64,000 bases of DNA from Methanomassiliicoccales archaeon (lineage in GTDB: Archaea > Thermoplasmatota > Thermoplasmata > Methanomassiliicoccales > JACIVX01): positions 31,447 through 95,446 of the forward strand of contig JAWCLO010000007.1 in NCBI GenBank assembly GCA_038850735.1. The letters run 5' to 3'. Below the pieces are notes generated by a model. The model was not told where the DNA came from. It worked only from the letters and a program-made list of their open reading frames with translations, and did no database searches. Shown here piece after piece: positions 45,651 to 55,823 of this stretch (position 1 is its first letter; the number at the start of each line of letters is the position of its first letter). The position numbers were made by a program, and so were the translations under genes.

Positions 45651-47273
45651 GTGTTTGTACAGCACCCCCTGATTAGACCGAATGCCATCGAGGATAGAAT
45701 ATACCAGGCAAAGTTATCAAAGGCATGCTTAAGTGGTTCGACCCTCATCGTTCTTCCTACTGGAATGGGCAAAACAGTTATAGCACTACGAGTTATCGCA
45801 GACATTTTACTAATGAAGGGTGGAAAAGTTCTATTTCTTGCCCCCACGAAACCTTTAGTGGAGCAGCACGCATCTTTCCTCCGTGAAAATCTTTTGCAAA
45901 AGAAAATCACGTGCCTCACCGGTGAAGTCGATCCGTCAGAACGTGAGGTACAATGGATTGAAAACGACGTCGTCGTTTCAACCCCTCAGGTCATAGCGAA
46001 CGATCTGAAATACGAAAGAATCAGCCTGAAGAACGTATCTCTTATAATCTTTGACGAAGCTCACAGAGCCGTTGGAAATTATCCTTATGTTAAAATTGCG
46101 GAGGAATTCAAAGAACTAGGCCGGCTTGTCATGGGGATGACTGCCTCACCTGGTAGCAGTACGAGTAAGATCGAACAAGTATGCCGAAATCTAGGAATAC
46201 AGAAGGTCGAGGTGCGTTCTGAAAGTGATTCTGACGTAGCGCCTTATGTACAAGAAGTCGATCTCCAAATCGTAGAAGTCGAAATTCCCCAAGAAATGAA
46301 GAGGTTGGCTGATCTGCTGCGATCAAAGTTCGATTCGTGCGTTCAAGATCTCGTATCTCTGGGATTGATCGATCCAAAGAGGCCAGTAACGAAAAAGTAC
46401 CTCTTGGAGATTGGTAATGATATCCAGAGCCGACTCAATTCAGGGGAAAAACGAAGCCAACTTTATAAGGGTTTAAGTTTGCAGGCGATGGCTCTCAAGA
46501 TAAATTATGCGCTTGAGCTTGCAGAAACGCAGGGAATGTCAGCGCTTGCAAATTATCTTGAGCGAATGAAGAATGAAGCGATGTCCGAAGGTGCCTCGAA
46601 GTCTTCTAAATCATTGGTCAAATCGGAACTATTTGAGAGAATCGAAGAATACCTAAGAAAAATAAAAATGGAACATCCAAAACTCTCAAGGGTCATGAGC
46701 ATCGTATCAAATCAGATTATAGCACATCCGGAGTCGCGGGTTATAGTGTTTACACATTACCGAGACACATGCGATCTCGTCGCTAGCAAGATTTCTTCGA
46801 TTGAGGGGGCTAGGGTGGCAAAGCTCATCGGACAGGCAGAGAGGGGAGACGAAAGGGGACTTAAACAAAAGGAACAAGTCGAAGTTCTGGAGAAATTCAG
46901 AAATGGAGAGATTAATGTCATTGTAGCTACATCGGTTGGAGAAGAGGGATTAGATGTTGCCTCAACAGACTTGGTGGTATTCTATGAGCCTGTTCCTTCT
47001 GAAATCAGGAGCATCCAGCGGAGAGGTAGAACGGGGCGTAGAAGACCTGGAAGAGTTGTCATTCTGAAAACCCGCGGCACTAAAGATGATGCTTATTTCT
47101 TTGCAAGCCAGAGAAAAGAGAAGGTGATGAGGCGAAGGCTATTTCAGTTGAGCAGGGAACTGGAAAACACTACACAAGATGAAAAAGTGGGAAAAAGTCT
47201 TGATAAGGATTCTGTGACGCGTAAAAAAAGTCAGGAAAACAAAGAGCAAAGAACGCTTTTAGATTTCAAATGA
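45651..47273 (+). CDS. hef: Hef/FANCM-type SF2 helicase without ERCC4 nuclease domain
   Basis: Motif I 'LPTGMGKT', 'IFDEAHRAVG', 'MTASPG' and motif VI 'QRRGRTGRRRPG'. The ORF ends in a Lys-rich tail at 540 aa. Confidence 0.75.
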   Translation: MFVQHPLIRPNAIEDRIYQAKLSKACLSGSTLIVLPTGMGKTVIALRVIADILLMKGGKVLFLAPTKPLVEQHASFLRENLLQKKITCLTGEVDPSEREVQWIENDVVVSTPQVIANDLKYERISLKNVSLIIFDEAHRAVGNYPYVKIAEEFKELGRLVMGMTASPGSSTSKIEQVCRNLGIQKVEVRSESDSDVAPYVQEVDLQIVEVEIPQEMKRLADLLRSKFDSCVQDLVSLGLIDPKRPVTKKYLLEIGNDIQSRLNSGEKRSQLYKGLSLQAMALKINYALELAETQGMSALANYLERMKNEAMSEGASKSSKSLVKSELFERIEEYLRKIKMEHPKLSRVMSIVSNQIIAHPESRVIVFTHYRDTCDLVASKISSIEGARVAKLIGQAERGDERGLKQKEQVEVLEKFRNGEINVIVATSVGEEGLDVASTDLVVFYEPVPSEIRSIQRRGRTGRRRPGRVVILKTRGTKDDAYFFASQRKEKVMRRRLFQLSRELENTTQDEKVGKSLDKDSVTRKKSQENKEQRTLLDFK

Positions 47274-47384
47274 CTAAAAAAATCTGGTAATTTTAGATGA
47301 TCTGCTTATTCACAATTTAAGGAAATGGATCGGGTAGATGCGAAAATTCATAACTTAATATACTTCGATTCTTATTGAGAAATT

Positions 47385-49148
47385 GTGCTATACAGTGAAC
47401 TCGTCAAGGTCTACGGAGCACTGGAGGCAACGACCAGTAGACTTGAGATGACTGACATTTTGAGCGAATTCTTTGCAAAGGCCGACTGCAGACTGCTTAA
47501 AAGAATAATTTATCTTACCCAGGGGCAGATATTTCCAGATTTCTATCCATTGAAATTAGGTATGGCAGATAAGCTTTTGCTGAAGTCAATTGCGTTTACA
47601 TCAGGTATCAAGGAGCAGACAATCCAGGATCTTTACATCAAAGAAGGCGATCCTGGTGTGGTTGCCCTCAAGATATTTGAAGGCAAAAAGCAGAAAACTC
47701 TCTTTTCTGAGCCCCTCACACTTGAAAGGGTGTATGAGAATCTCAGAAAAATCGCCGAAGCCCAAGGAAGCGGTTCTCAAGATCTGAAAATCAGAATGCT
47801 TGCCGATATTCTTCATGATGCAAGTCCAGTCGAAGCAAAGTACATAGCTAGAACCGTCACAGGAAAAATGAGGCTCGGCGTGGCGGACATGACGGTTTTG
47901 GATGCACTTTCTCAAGCTTTTGCCAGAAAAGAAGATAGAGAAACCATCGAAAGGGCTTTCAATATAACATCTGATCTGGGGCTTGTTGGGGAGGTGTTGT
48001 GTAAAGAAGGTATCGAAGCTGTGAAGAGAATCAGCGTATCTGTTGGCAATCCAATAAGAGCTATGCTAGCAGAACGGTTGTCCTCGCCGCAAGAAATCCT
48101 TGAAAAAATGGGTGGCCTGTGTGCCTTTGAATACAAATACGACGGCGTTCGCGTTCAGGCACATATCGATTGCGAAAAAAAGATCAGACTTTTTTCACGT
48201 CGCCTTGAGGACCTAACTGAACAGTTTCCAGATGTAGTGAGCGCTCTTCGGGAGGCGTTTGTTTCCAAAGATGCAATTCTCGAGGGCGAGTGCGTTCCAG
48301 TAGACATAAATACGGGAGAGATGCTTCCCTTCCAGGAAGTGTCGCACAGGAGGGGAAGAAAATACGATTTGTCTATAGCCATTGAAGATTACCCTGTGAG
48401 GACATTCCTTTTCGACTGCCTGTATTTGGATGGAATTGATCTAACTGAAAAGAACTTTCTTGAAAGACGAAAAGCGCTCGAGAGATGCATAAGGCCGTCT
48501 GAGAACGTTCAACTTTCAGAAATAAAAATCCTAAGCAAAGTAGATGAGATTGAGCGGTTTTTTGAGGAGGCTCTCAAGGACGGTTGTGAAGGACTAATGG
48601 CGAAATCGATAGGGGAGGATTCTGTATATAGAGCAGGCGCTCGTGGTTTTTTGTGGATCAAATATAAGAAGGAATACAGATCCGAAATGTCAGACACTGT
48701 TGATCTTGTCGTTGTTGGAGCTTTTGCAGGAAGGGGGAGGAGAAAGGGGACGTACGGGGCACTACTCATGGCGACTTATAATGATAAGGAGGACCGATTT
48801 GAGACTGTCTGCAAACTTGGAAGCGGATTTGACGATGATATGCTTGCAGGTTTGCCATCGATGCTCGCACCGTATAAATTACAGGGAATTCACCCTAGGG
48901 TCTGGTCCAATCTCGAGGCTGATTACTGGTTCGAGCCCGCCGTAGTACTTGAAGTTCTGGGATCGGAGATTACGCTGAGTCCTACGCACACATGCTCTTA
49001 CTCGAAAATTAAAAGGGATGCTGGTCTAGCGATCAGATTTCCAAGATTTACAGGCAGAATGAGGTTTGACAAGAACGCAAGAGAAGCAACTACAAGCGAT
49101 GAACTCTTGAATATGTACAAACGCCAGTTGAAGAAGATAGAAGAATGA
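47385..49148 (+). CDS. lig: ATP-dependent DNA ligase
   Basis: Adenylation motif 'EYKYDGVRVQ', plus 'EGLMAK', 'WIKYK' and an OB domain. GTG start. Confidence 0.92.
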   Translation: MLYSELVKVYGALEATTSRLEMTDILSEFFAKADCRLLKRIIYLTQGQIFPDFYPLKLGMADKLLLKSIAFTSGIKEQTIQDLYIKEGDPGVVALKIFEGKKQKTLFSEPLTLERVYENLRKIAEAQGSGSQDLKIRMLADILHDASPVEAKYIARTVTGKMRLGVADMTVLDALSQAFARKEDRETIERAFNITSDLGLVGEVLCKEGIEAVKRISVSVGNPIRAMLAERLSSPQEILEKMGGLCAFEYKYDGVRVQAHIDCEKKIRLFSRRLEDLTEQFPDVVSALREAFVSKDAILEGECVPVDINTGEMLPFQEVSHRRGRKYDLSIAIEDYPVRTFLFDCLYLDGIDLTEKNFLERRKALERCIRPSENVQLSEIKILSKVDEIERFFEEALKDGCEGLMAKSIGEDSVYRAGARGFLWIKYKKEYRSEMSDTVDLVVVGAFAGRGRRKGTYGALLMATYNDKEDRFETVCKLGSGFDDDMLAGLPSMLAPYKLQGIHPRVWSNLEADYWFEPAVVLEVLGSEITLSPTHTCSYSKIKRDAGLAIRFPRFTGRMRFDKNAREATTSDELLNMYKRQLKKIEE

Positions 49149-49194
49149 GGTTACTATCAAAAAATTTATAAAAACGTGGAGGATAGGTCGGTGC

Positions 49195-49470
49195 ATGGAA
49201 CTTGAACTTATTGAAAAAGACAAAGATTCCATTAAGGTTCGCGTCAAGGACGCTGATATGACGTTAATTTCTCCGCTTGTCAGCGAACTTCTTATGGATG
49301 AGGGAGTTGCTGAGGTCAAATTTACAGCAGGGCACCCCGAACTTGATTTTCCTGTCCTTTATGTGAAGGTCAAGAATGGTAAGCCTCAGACAGCTCTTAA
49401 ACGCGTTTCGAAATCACTTGCAAATCAATTTAAAGAAGCCAGGGAAAAACTCGAAAAGGAAATGAAATGA
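49195..49470 (+). CDS. rpoL: DNA-directed RNA polymerase subunit L (Rpo11)
   Basis: 91 aa with 'DHTLISPLV'-type segment 'DMTLISPLVSEL' and 'AGHPELDFPVLYVK'. Confidence 0.8.
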   Translation: MELELIEKDKDSIKVRVKDADMTLISPLVSELLMDEGVAEVKFTAGHPELDFPVLYVKVKNGKPQTALKRVSKSLANQFKEAREKLEKEMK

Positions 49471-49474
49471 AATT

Positions 49475-50779
49475 ATGGACTACACCCCAAGTGGCCCGAG
49501 GGAAAAGGAGCTCGGGATAGAGGTTTTTCTTACGAAAACCCCAGGAATTGGGGGGCGACTGAGAAAATTTCCAGAAGATTTCGTTGTTGAAGAAATTCCT
49601 ATTTTTCCTGAAAGAGATGATCGTGGAGCGTATACAATTGCTAAGGTTACGTCAACGAATTGGGAAATGAATAGGCTCGTTAGACAGTTATCAAGAGCGT
49701 TAAGAATAAGCAGAAATAAAATCGGATTCGCAGGAACCAAAGATAAAAGGGCTATTACAACTCAGCTCATGTCATTTGAAGCGCCATTGGAGGCAGTGTT
49801 ATCAATCAATCTTCATCAGGTAATCATTTCGGATGCCTATCGTTCAAGAAAACCGATTTTGATAGGGGATCTCATCGGGAACACTTTCAGAATAAGAATA
49901 AGAGAGTGCCTACACACCGATGAAGAACTCCTGCGTTTACTCGATAATACGATTTCAATTCTCAACGAGGCAGGCGGTTTTCCAAATTTTTTTGGTGTCC
50001 AGCGATTCGGTGCAGTGCGACCCGTCACACATTACGTGGGCAGATATATCATAAAAGGAGATTTCAAAAGTGCCGTTTTGACGTACACGGCATCCCCGAC
50101 AGAATATGAAAGTGAACAGACAAAAGAAGTTCGCAGGGAACTCAACGAAACTTGGGATTTTGAAAGAGCTTTGAAGACCTTTCCAAAAAAACTCATGTTT
50201 GAAAGGACGGTAATTGCACACCTTGTTAAACATCCAAATGACTATGTTGGAGCAATACGTTCTTTACCGGCAAATCTTCAGATGATGTTTGTGCACGCGT
50301 ACCAGTCGTATCTTTTTAACAGGATCCTTAGTGAGCGCATAAAAAGGGGTTTGGACCTTAACAAACCAGTCATCGGAGACATCATTCTGCCAGCTGATGA
50401 AAGAGGATTGCCGGATCATGAACGCCATATCCTTGTCACTAGGGAAAACATAGATCTTGTCGAGAGGAAAGTCCGTGAAAAGAAAGCGTTCATTAGTGGT
50501 GTGCTTTTCGGATCTGAAAGCGAGTTTGCCGAAGGTGAAATGGGAGAAATAGAGAAGGAGATAATCCTGAGCGAAGGCGTGAGCAAAGAAGATTTTATCG
50601 TTCCCGAGGCTCCACAGTGTAGCTCAAAAGGTAGTAGAAGAGAGATACTTGCATCGATCAAGAATCTGGAGTATAATGTCAAAGATAACGAAGTCTTCAT
50701 ATCGTTTGCACTCCACCGCGGCTGCTATGCAACTGCACTTCTAAGGGAAATCATGAAGACTGATGTGATGGCCTATTGA
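49475..50779 (+). CDS. truD: tRNA pseudouridine synthase TruD/Pus7
   Basis: 'FAGTKDKRAITTQ' catalytic Asp motif, and 'NFFGVQRFG'. Confidence 0.88.
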   Translation: MDYTPSGPREKELGIEVFLTKTPGIGGRLRKFPEDFVVEEIPIFPERDDRGAYTIAKVTSTNWEMNRLVRQLSRALRISRNKIGFAGTKDKRAITTQLMSFEAPLEAVLSINLHQVIISDAYRSRKPILIGDLIGNTFRIRIRECLHTDEELLRLLDNTISILNEAGGFPNFFGVQRFGAVRPVTHYVGRYIIKGDFKSAVLTYTASPTEYESEQTKEVRRELNETWDFERALKTFPKKLMFERTVIAHLVKHPNDYVGAIRSLPANLQMMFVHAYQSYLFNRILSERIKRGLDLNKPVIGDIILPADERGLPDHERHILVTRENIDLVERKVREKKAFISGVLFGSESEFAEGEMGEIEKEIILSEGVSKEDFIVPEAPQCSSKGSRREILASIKNLEYNVKDNEVFISFALHRGCYATALLREIMKTDVMAY

Positions 50780-50797
50780 GATATAATAAGCAGCCCG

Positions 50798-53700
50798 TCA
50801 CAGTCTTGACCAGTCCCTGGAGCTCTTGTCCTCCTCACTGCTGCCTTTTGCAGCGCTGGTGGAATCGGATGGTTTACCAGGTTCCCTTGGTTCCTCAATC
50901 TTCGAGCTCTTTTTCGAAATCGGAGAGCCACAGCGCGGACAGTAATTCGATTTACTTAAGCAATCAGTACAGAGCAAGGTGCCACAGGATAAGCATCTGC
51001 TGGCCGCGACATTTCCATGGAAGAGGCATCGGCGACCCCTGAGGTCTTCTAGTTCTTCCGTTTCAGTTTCTTTCTGCTGCTTTCCTGGGCGGCGGTGAAT
51101 TTCATATTCTTCACGAGTTGGGGGCTTATAAGCAACTTCACTCTTCGTTTCGAGCGACTTCTGCTTTTCCTTTCTCTCAATGTCCACGAGATGCGGCTCC
51201 TCGGGGAATTCCTTGACTTTTACAGCTGGCGCCTTATATGTTTCCGATCTCAACGAACGCATGATCGCCACGAGCTTTCTCGCATTGTAAATCCCGAGCC
51301 CGAGATTCTCCATTAGACCTAAAGCTGATCGTTGGTCTTCTGGCAAGTTCAAAGCAGCCTTTAAGAACCGTTCAGCGCGCTCGTCTGCTCTAGCAGATGA
51401 AAAGTCCATATTGTTGACTGATTCAATATACGCCATGATCTTCTTTGCCTTTTGAATATTCTTTTCTGGCAGATGCATGTATACGTCGCAAAGTCGCATT
51501 CCGTATCGCCCGATATTTGGATTGCGGTAAGCGGCAAGAATCACAAGCCGCGAAAGCCTCTCGTACTCATCAAATTCCTGATCGGTGAGTGCGTTCACAT
51601 TGACCGTTTCCTTCCGATCTAGGTATTTCACAACATCATCAAGATACGAAAATGGAATTCCAGCTTCACGAAAAGCGTCTTCTCTGGTCACCCTCTTCCC
51701 GACATGATATTCATATTCCAAGAGTCTCCCCGCGTATGCGGCAACCTCCTGCTCTTTGAGCATTTCCTCAGCCGATTTCAGGCCATCAATTGCAGGCGAA
51801 TAATCCCGGTCGATCTCGAGCGCCTTTTCGAACGCACGCTTCGCTTGCTCGTAACGATTGAGGCGTAGCAAGACCATTCCCTTTCCGGCCCAAGCCGCCT
51901 TCTCCTTTGGATCGAGACCGATAACTTTATCGTACGATCGAACAGCTTCGTCGAAATTGTCAGATTTTCGCATGGCCTCAGCTCTTATTAGCCATGCGTC
52001 CTTGTTATTTGAGTCGAGCTCAAGTGATCGCTCAATACTTGCCACTGTGCTTTCGAGATCCCCTAGTTTGAATTGTATATTTGCAAGATTCAGCCACACA
52101 GAAGGTTCACCAGCATCGATCGCTATTGATTTCTTATAACTCTCAAGCGCCTCCTCAAACCGCCCCAATTTCTCCAAAGCCTTACCTCTGAATCTATAAA
52201 CTGCCGCATCTTCAACGCCGAGCTCTATCGCTTTGCCATAGCAGGCAGCGGCTTCCTCATACTCCCCCATTTTGAATAAGACACCTGCCTTGTACTTCCA
52301 AGCCTGTGCATCCGACGGATCGAGCTGAATAGCACGGTCAAATGCCTCAACAGCTTCTCCTATTCTATCAAGAGATGCAAGCGCCCGGCCTCTATCTGTA
52401 TGAAACTGGGATATCGTCGGTGAAATCTTCGTGCATTGTTCAAATGCCTTCAAAGCGTCCACAAAATTGTGCATTAAGAGCAGCGCCCTGCCCTTATTGT
52501 CAAGTGCATATGGATCGCTTGGATCAAGCCTATAGGCGTGATCAAAAGCCTCTACTGCTTCTCTATATCGACCGAGTTCGGTGAGCACAAGACCTTTGTG
52601 GTAAAAGGGGATCTTATCAGTGCGGTCGATTTGAATTGCTCTGTCATAACTTTCTGCCGCTTCTTCTAGGCGACCAATTTTCTCAAGCGCGTTCCCCCTG
52701 TCAATCCATGCGAGCTTGTTTTTAGGATTAACCTGAAGTATTCTGTTTGTAACTTTTATGATTTCATTTGCGTCGCCTGTCTCTACCACTGCAGCCTTCT
52801 TATGTTCGAGCACCACTGAATCGTAAGGATCAATCTCAAGTGCCCTATCGAATGACCTAATCGCTTCATCGAGATTTCCAATTTTGTGCGCAGCAATGCC
52901 CCTATCAAGCCAGGCATTCCTATTCTTTGAATCCAATTTGATAATCAGATCGCATGTATCAATAATCTCCCTGAAATTGCCCAGTGCCTTCAAAGAGTGT
53001 TTTTTTGCATCCAGTGTTTCGACATCCTTTGGCATGATGTCAAGCGCTCGATCGAAGGCTGCCACGGCTTCGTCGTGTCTGCCGAGCTTCGAAAGCACAT
53101 AACCCCTCCTGATATGCACAAATCTATTATCCTTGTCCATCTCAACGGCAACATCGTACGATGCAAGCGCTTCTGAATACCTCTCGAGCCATTCAAGAGT
53201 TACGCCCTTGCTTATCCATGTATTCTTGTCGTTCGGATCGAGAGAAAGCGCCTTTTCATAACAAGCAAGTGCTTCTTCGAATCTCCTGGCACTTTCGAGC
53301 GAAAGTCCTCTCGAATACCAAAGCTTGCTATTATCTGGCTCGATTTCTACACCTTTTGCAAATGCCTCCGTCGCATCTTCAAATCTCTTAAGTGCAAAAA
53401 GACTGTCTCCTCTGACACGCCAAAGGATTGCATTTTTCGGATAATAGGCGAGTGCGGAAGACGACCATTCGAGCGCATCTTCAAACCTCTTCAGTGCAAG
53501 AAAATCGATTGAAATATTCTTAAGCGCTTCCTCATCGGATGGATCTATCTCCAGAACTTTCTTATATATTTCAATGGCATCGATTTTCTTATTAAGCCTA
53601 TCGAGGGCAATAGCCTTGTCGATAAGAGCGGCCTTATTTTTTGGATTGATTTTGATTATATTAGAAGACGCTTCAAGAACTTCCTTGTCTCTTCCTAACC

Positions 53701-55087
53701 TCTTATAGCATTCCTTCAAAATAACGAAGGTACTTTCCTTGTCTGGCTGGAGTTTTCCTGCCTTTTCAAGAACTTTCACTGCTTCAGCGAAACGCCCCGT
53801 TTTATAGAGTGCGAACCCCAGATCGTGCAGAGCTTCGACATTATCAGGATCGAGTCTTAGAATTTCGTTGCAAACAACCGTAAGTTCATCATACTTATTT
53901 AGTGCATAGAATGCGATTCTTTTACGAGCCATAAGCTCCAGGTTTTTTGGAAAGTGTCCTAGCGACGTTTCAATCGTTGTGAGCGCCTCTTCGACTTTTC
54001 CCAATCCCATTTGAGCGTCGGCCTTGGCAGCAAGCCATCGAATTTCATCTGGTTTTGCCTCGATCAATTTATCGCAACAAGCTATAATTTCAGAATGTCT
54101 GCCTAGCTTCTTCAGAATGTTACACTTCTCTTCCAGTGCTGTAATATCATTTGCATCGATTTCTAAGACCCGGTCATATGATTTTAGTGCCTCCTCATAT
54201 TTATCCAGTTGTGCTAGCATTGCCCCAACTTCGAACCAGGTACCCTTATGAGTTGGATTTGATCTGAGCGCTTCTCTATAATGCTTCAATGAATCTTCCA
54301 TTTCGCCCCTTTCTCTGTGTGCTCTTGCTTTGTTCAGATGCGCCGTGAAATTTCTGGGATCCTTGAGTAAAGCTTCTTCATAAACCTTAACGGCCTCCTC
54401 GTGCCGCTTAAGAATTACAAGAGCATTTCCTTTCGCAATGAGGGTATCCAATTCACCAGGTGAAAGTGCAAGCGCGTCTTCGAAAAGCTTCAGTGCGTCT
54501 TCCGTCTTGCCAGTTCTAATAAGCGCTTCTCCTTTTTTCCTTATCCATAGGGTTTTATTGGCATCTTTCTCGATGAGGACATCGTATTGTTGAACATCAT
54601 TTGGATTGTTCTCAACAACCCTTTTGTAGCACTGGATCGCGTCAGACATCAGACCAGCTTTCTCAAGAAGCTTGGCTTTTTCGATCAATACTGCTTCATT
54701 TTCAGGATATGCGAGCAGGAATTTATCGAGAACTGCAATGGCTTCTTCCGTAGATCCTATGGCGGCAAGCGATTCAGCTTTGGCAATATGTGGTTCTGCA
54801 AGCCCAGGTGACAGCGAAGATGCTCTATCAGCAATTTTCACAGCCTCATCAGGAATGCCGAGTTGATTGTAGTGATCAGCTAATAACACCAAAGTTAACG
54901 AGAATTCCTTTGTGTTTTTTTTCACATTTGGCAGTTGATCGACGAGTAAGTCTCTTGCCCTGTGCAAGTTTGATTTGGCTATTTCTATATTGTTATTCGT
55001 GATTTGAAGGTCAGCATCTTCGATAAACTTCTTTGCTCTTTTCAACACTTTCAATTCAGGGTCGAAGAAAGACTGAAAGTATCCCAT
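50798..55087 (-). CDS. giant TPR-repeat protein (1429 aa) with C-terminal helical region and double zinc-ribbon tail
   Basis: Roughly 28 consecutive 34-aa TPR units (recurrent 'A...Y..AL.(I/L)DP.N' pattern) cover about aa 60-1010. A non-repeat region follows, then 'CLFHGNVAASRCLSCGTLLCTDCLSKSNYCPRCG'. Confidence 0.85.
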   Translation of the reverse strand: MGYFQSFFDPELKVLKRAKKFIEDADLQITNNNIEIAKSNLHRARDLLVDQLPNVKKNTKEFSLTLVLLADHYNQLGIPDEAVKIADRASSLSPGLAEPHIAKAESLAAIGSTEEAIAVLDKFLLAYPENEAVLIEKAKLLEKAGLMSDAIQCYKRVVENNPNDVQQYDVLIEKDANKTLWIRKKGEALIRTGKTEDALKLFEDALALSPGELDTLIAKGNALVILKRHEEAVKVYEEALLKDPRNFTAHLNKARAHRERGEMEDSLKHYREALRSNPTHKGTWFEVGAMLAQLDKYEEALKSYDRVLEIDANDITALEEKCNILKKLGRHSEIIACCDKLIEAKPDEIRWLAAKADAQMGLGKVEEALTTIETSLGHFPKNLELMARKRIAFYALNKYDELTVVCNEILRLDPDNVEALHDLGFALYKTGRFAEAVKVLEKAGKLQPDKESTFVILKECYKRLGRDKEVLEASSNIIKINPKNKAALIDKAIALDRLNKKIDAIEIYKKVLEIDPSDEEALKNISIDFLALKRFEDALEWSSSALAYYPKNAILWRVRGDSLFALKRFEDATEAFAKGVEIEPDNSKLWYSRGLSLESARRFEEALACYEKALSLDPNDKNTWISKGVTLEWLERYSEALASYDVAVEMDKDNRFVHIRRGYVLSKLGRHDEAVAAFDRALDIMPKDVETLDAKKHSLKALGNFREIIDTCDLIIKLDSKNRNAWLDRGIAAHKIGNLDEAIRSFDRALEIDPYDSVVLEHKKAAVVETGDANEIIKVTNRILQVNPKNKLAWIDRGNALEKIGRLEEAAESYDRAIQIDRTDKIPFYHKGLVLTELGRYREAVEAFDHAYRLDPSDPYALDNKGRALLLMHNFVDALKAFEQCTKISPTISQFHTDRGRALASLDRIGEAVEAFDRAIQLDPSDAQAWKYKAGVLFKMGEYEEAAACYGKAIELGVEDAAVYRFRGKALEKLGRFEEALESYKKSIAIDAGEPSVWLNLANIQFKLGDLESTVASIERSLELDSNNKDAWLIRAEAMRKSDNFDEAVRSYDKVIGLDPKEKAAWAGKGMVLLRLNRYEQAKRAFEKALEIDRDYSPAIDGLKSAEEMLKEQEVAAYAGRLLEYEYHVGKRVTREDAFREAGIPFSYLDDVVKYLDRKETVNVNALTDQEFDEYERLSRLVILAAYRNPNIGRYGMRLCDVYMHLPEKNIQKAKKIMAYIESVNNMDFSSARADERAERFLKAALNLPEDQRSALGLMENLGLGIYNARKLVAIMRSLRSETYKAPAVKVKEFPEEPHLVDIERKEKQKSLETKSEVAYKPPTREEYEIHRRPGKQQKETETEELEDLRGRRCLFHGNVAASRCLSCGTLLCTDCLSKSNYCPRCGSPISKKSSKIEEPREPGKPSDSTSAAKGSSEEDKSSRDWSRL

Positions 55088-55292
55088 CCCATCACCAGCG
55101 TTACATTAATAACTATCTGACTTCAAAAAGCTTTTTACCAGTGAAAAGCAACTAAATGCAAAAATTTGCAAGAAATCAATTCCGGTATCATAGGCGAAAG
55201 ATTTCGCAGAATTTTTAGCGCATGCATCCATGATCGAAGTGTATCATCTTTCTAGGATAATCTTTAAATATGTGAGACAATATGTTATAATT

Positions 55293-55312
55293 TGTCTGAC
55301 TATCGTCAGACA
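55293..55312. promoter_or_regulatory. perfect 8-bp palindrome TGTCTGAC-TATC-GTCAGACA between a TATA-like box and the start of ORF 55346
   Basis: 'TTTAAATA' lies at 55263-55270. The palindrome is 34 nt upstream of the TTG start, which makes it a candidate operator. Confidence 0.3.
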
Positions 55313-55345
55313 GCAAACAAATAACTTAAGGGATGGGATGCGCAC

Positions 55346-55603
55346 TTGAATGAAGATCGTGAGAAGAATTTGGCGCTGGAATTTGATCCGTTCGTCGTTG
55401 ACTGGATGCAAAAACATACGATAGGAGACCTCAAAAGGATTGCAAGAGGAATCGAGGAAGCGGGTGAAGATGCAGATGACATCTGGAAATTCATCGATGA
55501 ATTACTTCCTTTCGCAGAGGCGATCTTCACAAAGGAACATGCTATAGAAAACCGCTCAATCGAAGAACTTAACTTTGAAGATGCCATCCTCGCCACGCCA
55601 TGA
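55346..55603 (+). CDS. small acidic hypothetical protein (85 aa)
   Basis: Clean ORF with a TTG start, strongly acidic and helical-looking, followed by a perfect terminator-like hairpin. I recognise no family. Confidence 0.4.
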   Translation: MNEDREKNLALEFDPFVVDWMQKHTIGDLKRIARGIEEAGEDADDIWKFIDELLPFAEAIFTKEHAIENRSIEELNFEDAILATP

Positions 55604-55611
55604 TCTCCTGC

Positions 55612-55636
55612 GAAGGGGTGATAACATCACCCCTTC
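55612..55636 (+). terminator. 10-bp perfect hairpin GAAGGGGTGA-TAACA-TCACCCCTTC
   Basis: It starts 9 nt after the stop codon of ORF 55346..55603. Confidence 0.4.
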
Positions 55637-55823
55637 AAATCAATGCATCACCATCAATAATGTACCCTTTTTGAAGAAGATTGTTGAAATCTAATTCTCA
55701 ATGATTTGAAAACGTACAGAAGACTCCCATAGATTGTATTCACTGGCTGGCCAGAAGGAAACCGTTAAAGATTTAAAATCGATCGTTGTTAAGGAGAAAT
55801 GCATATAACCACGCGGAGCAGTT

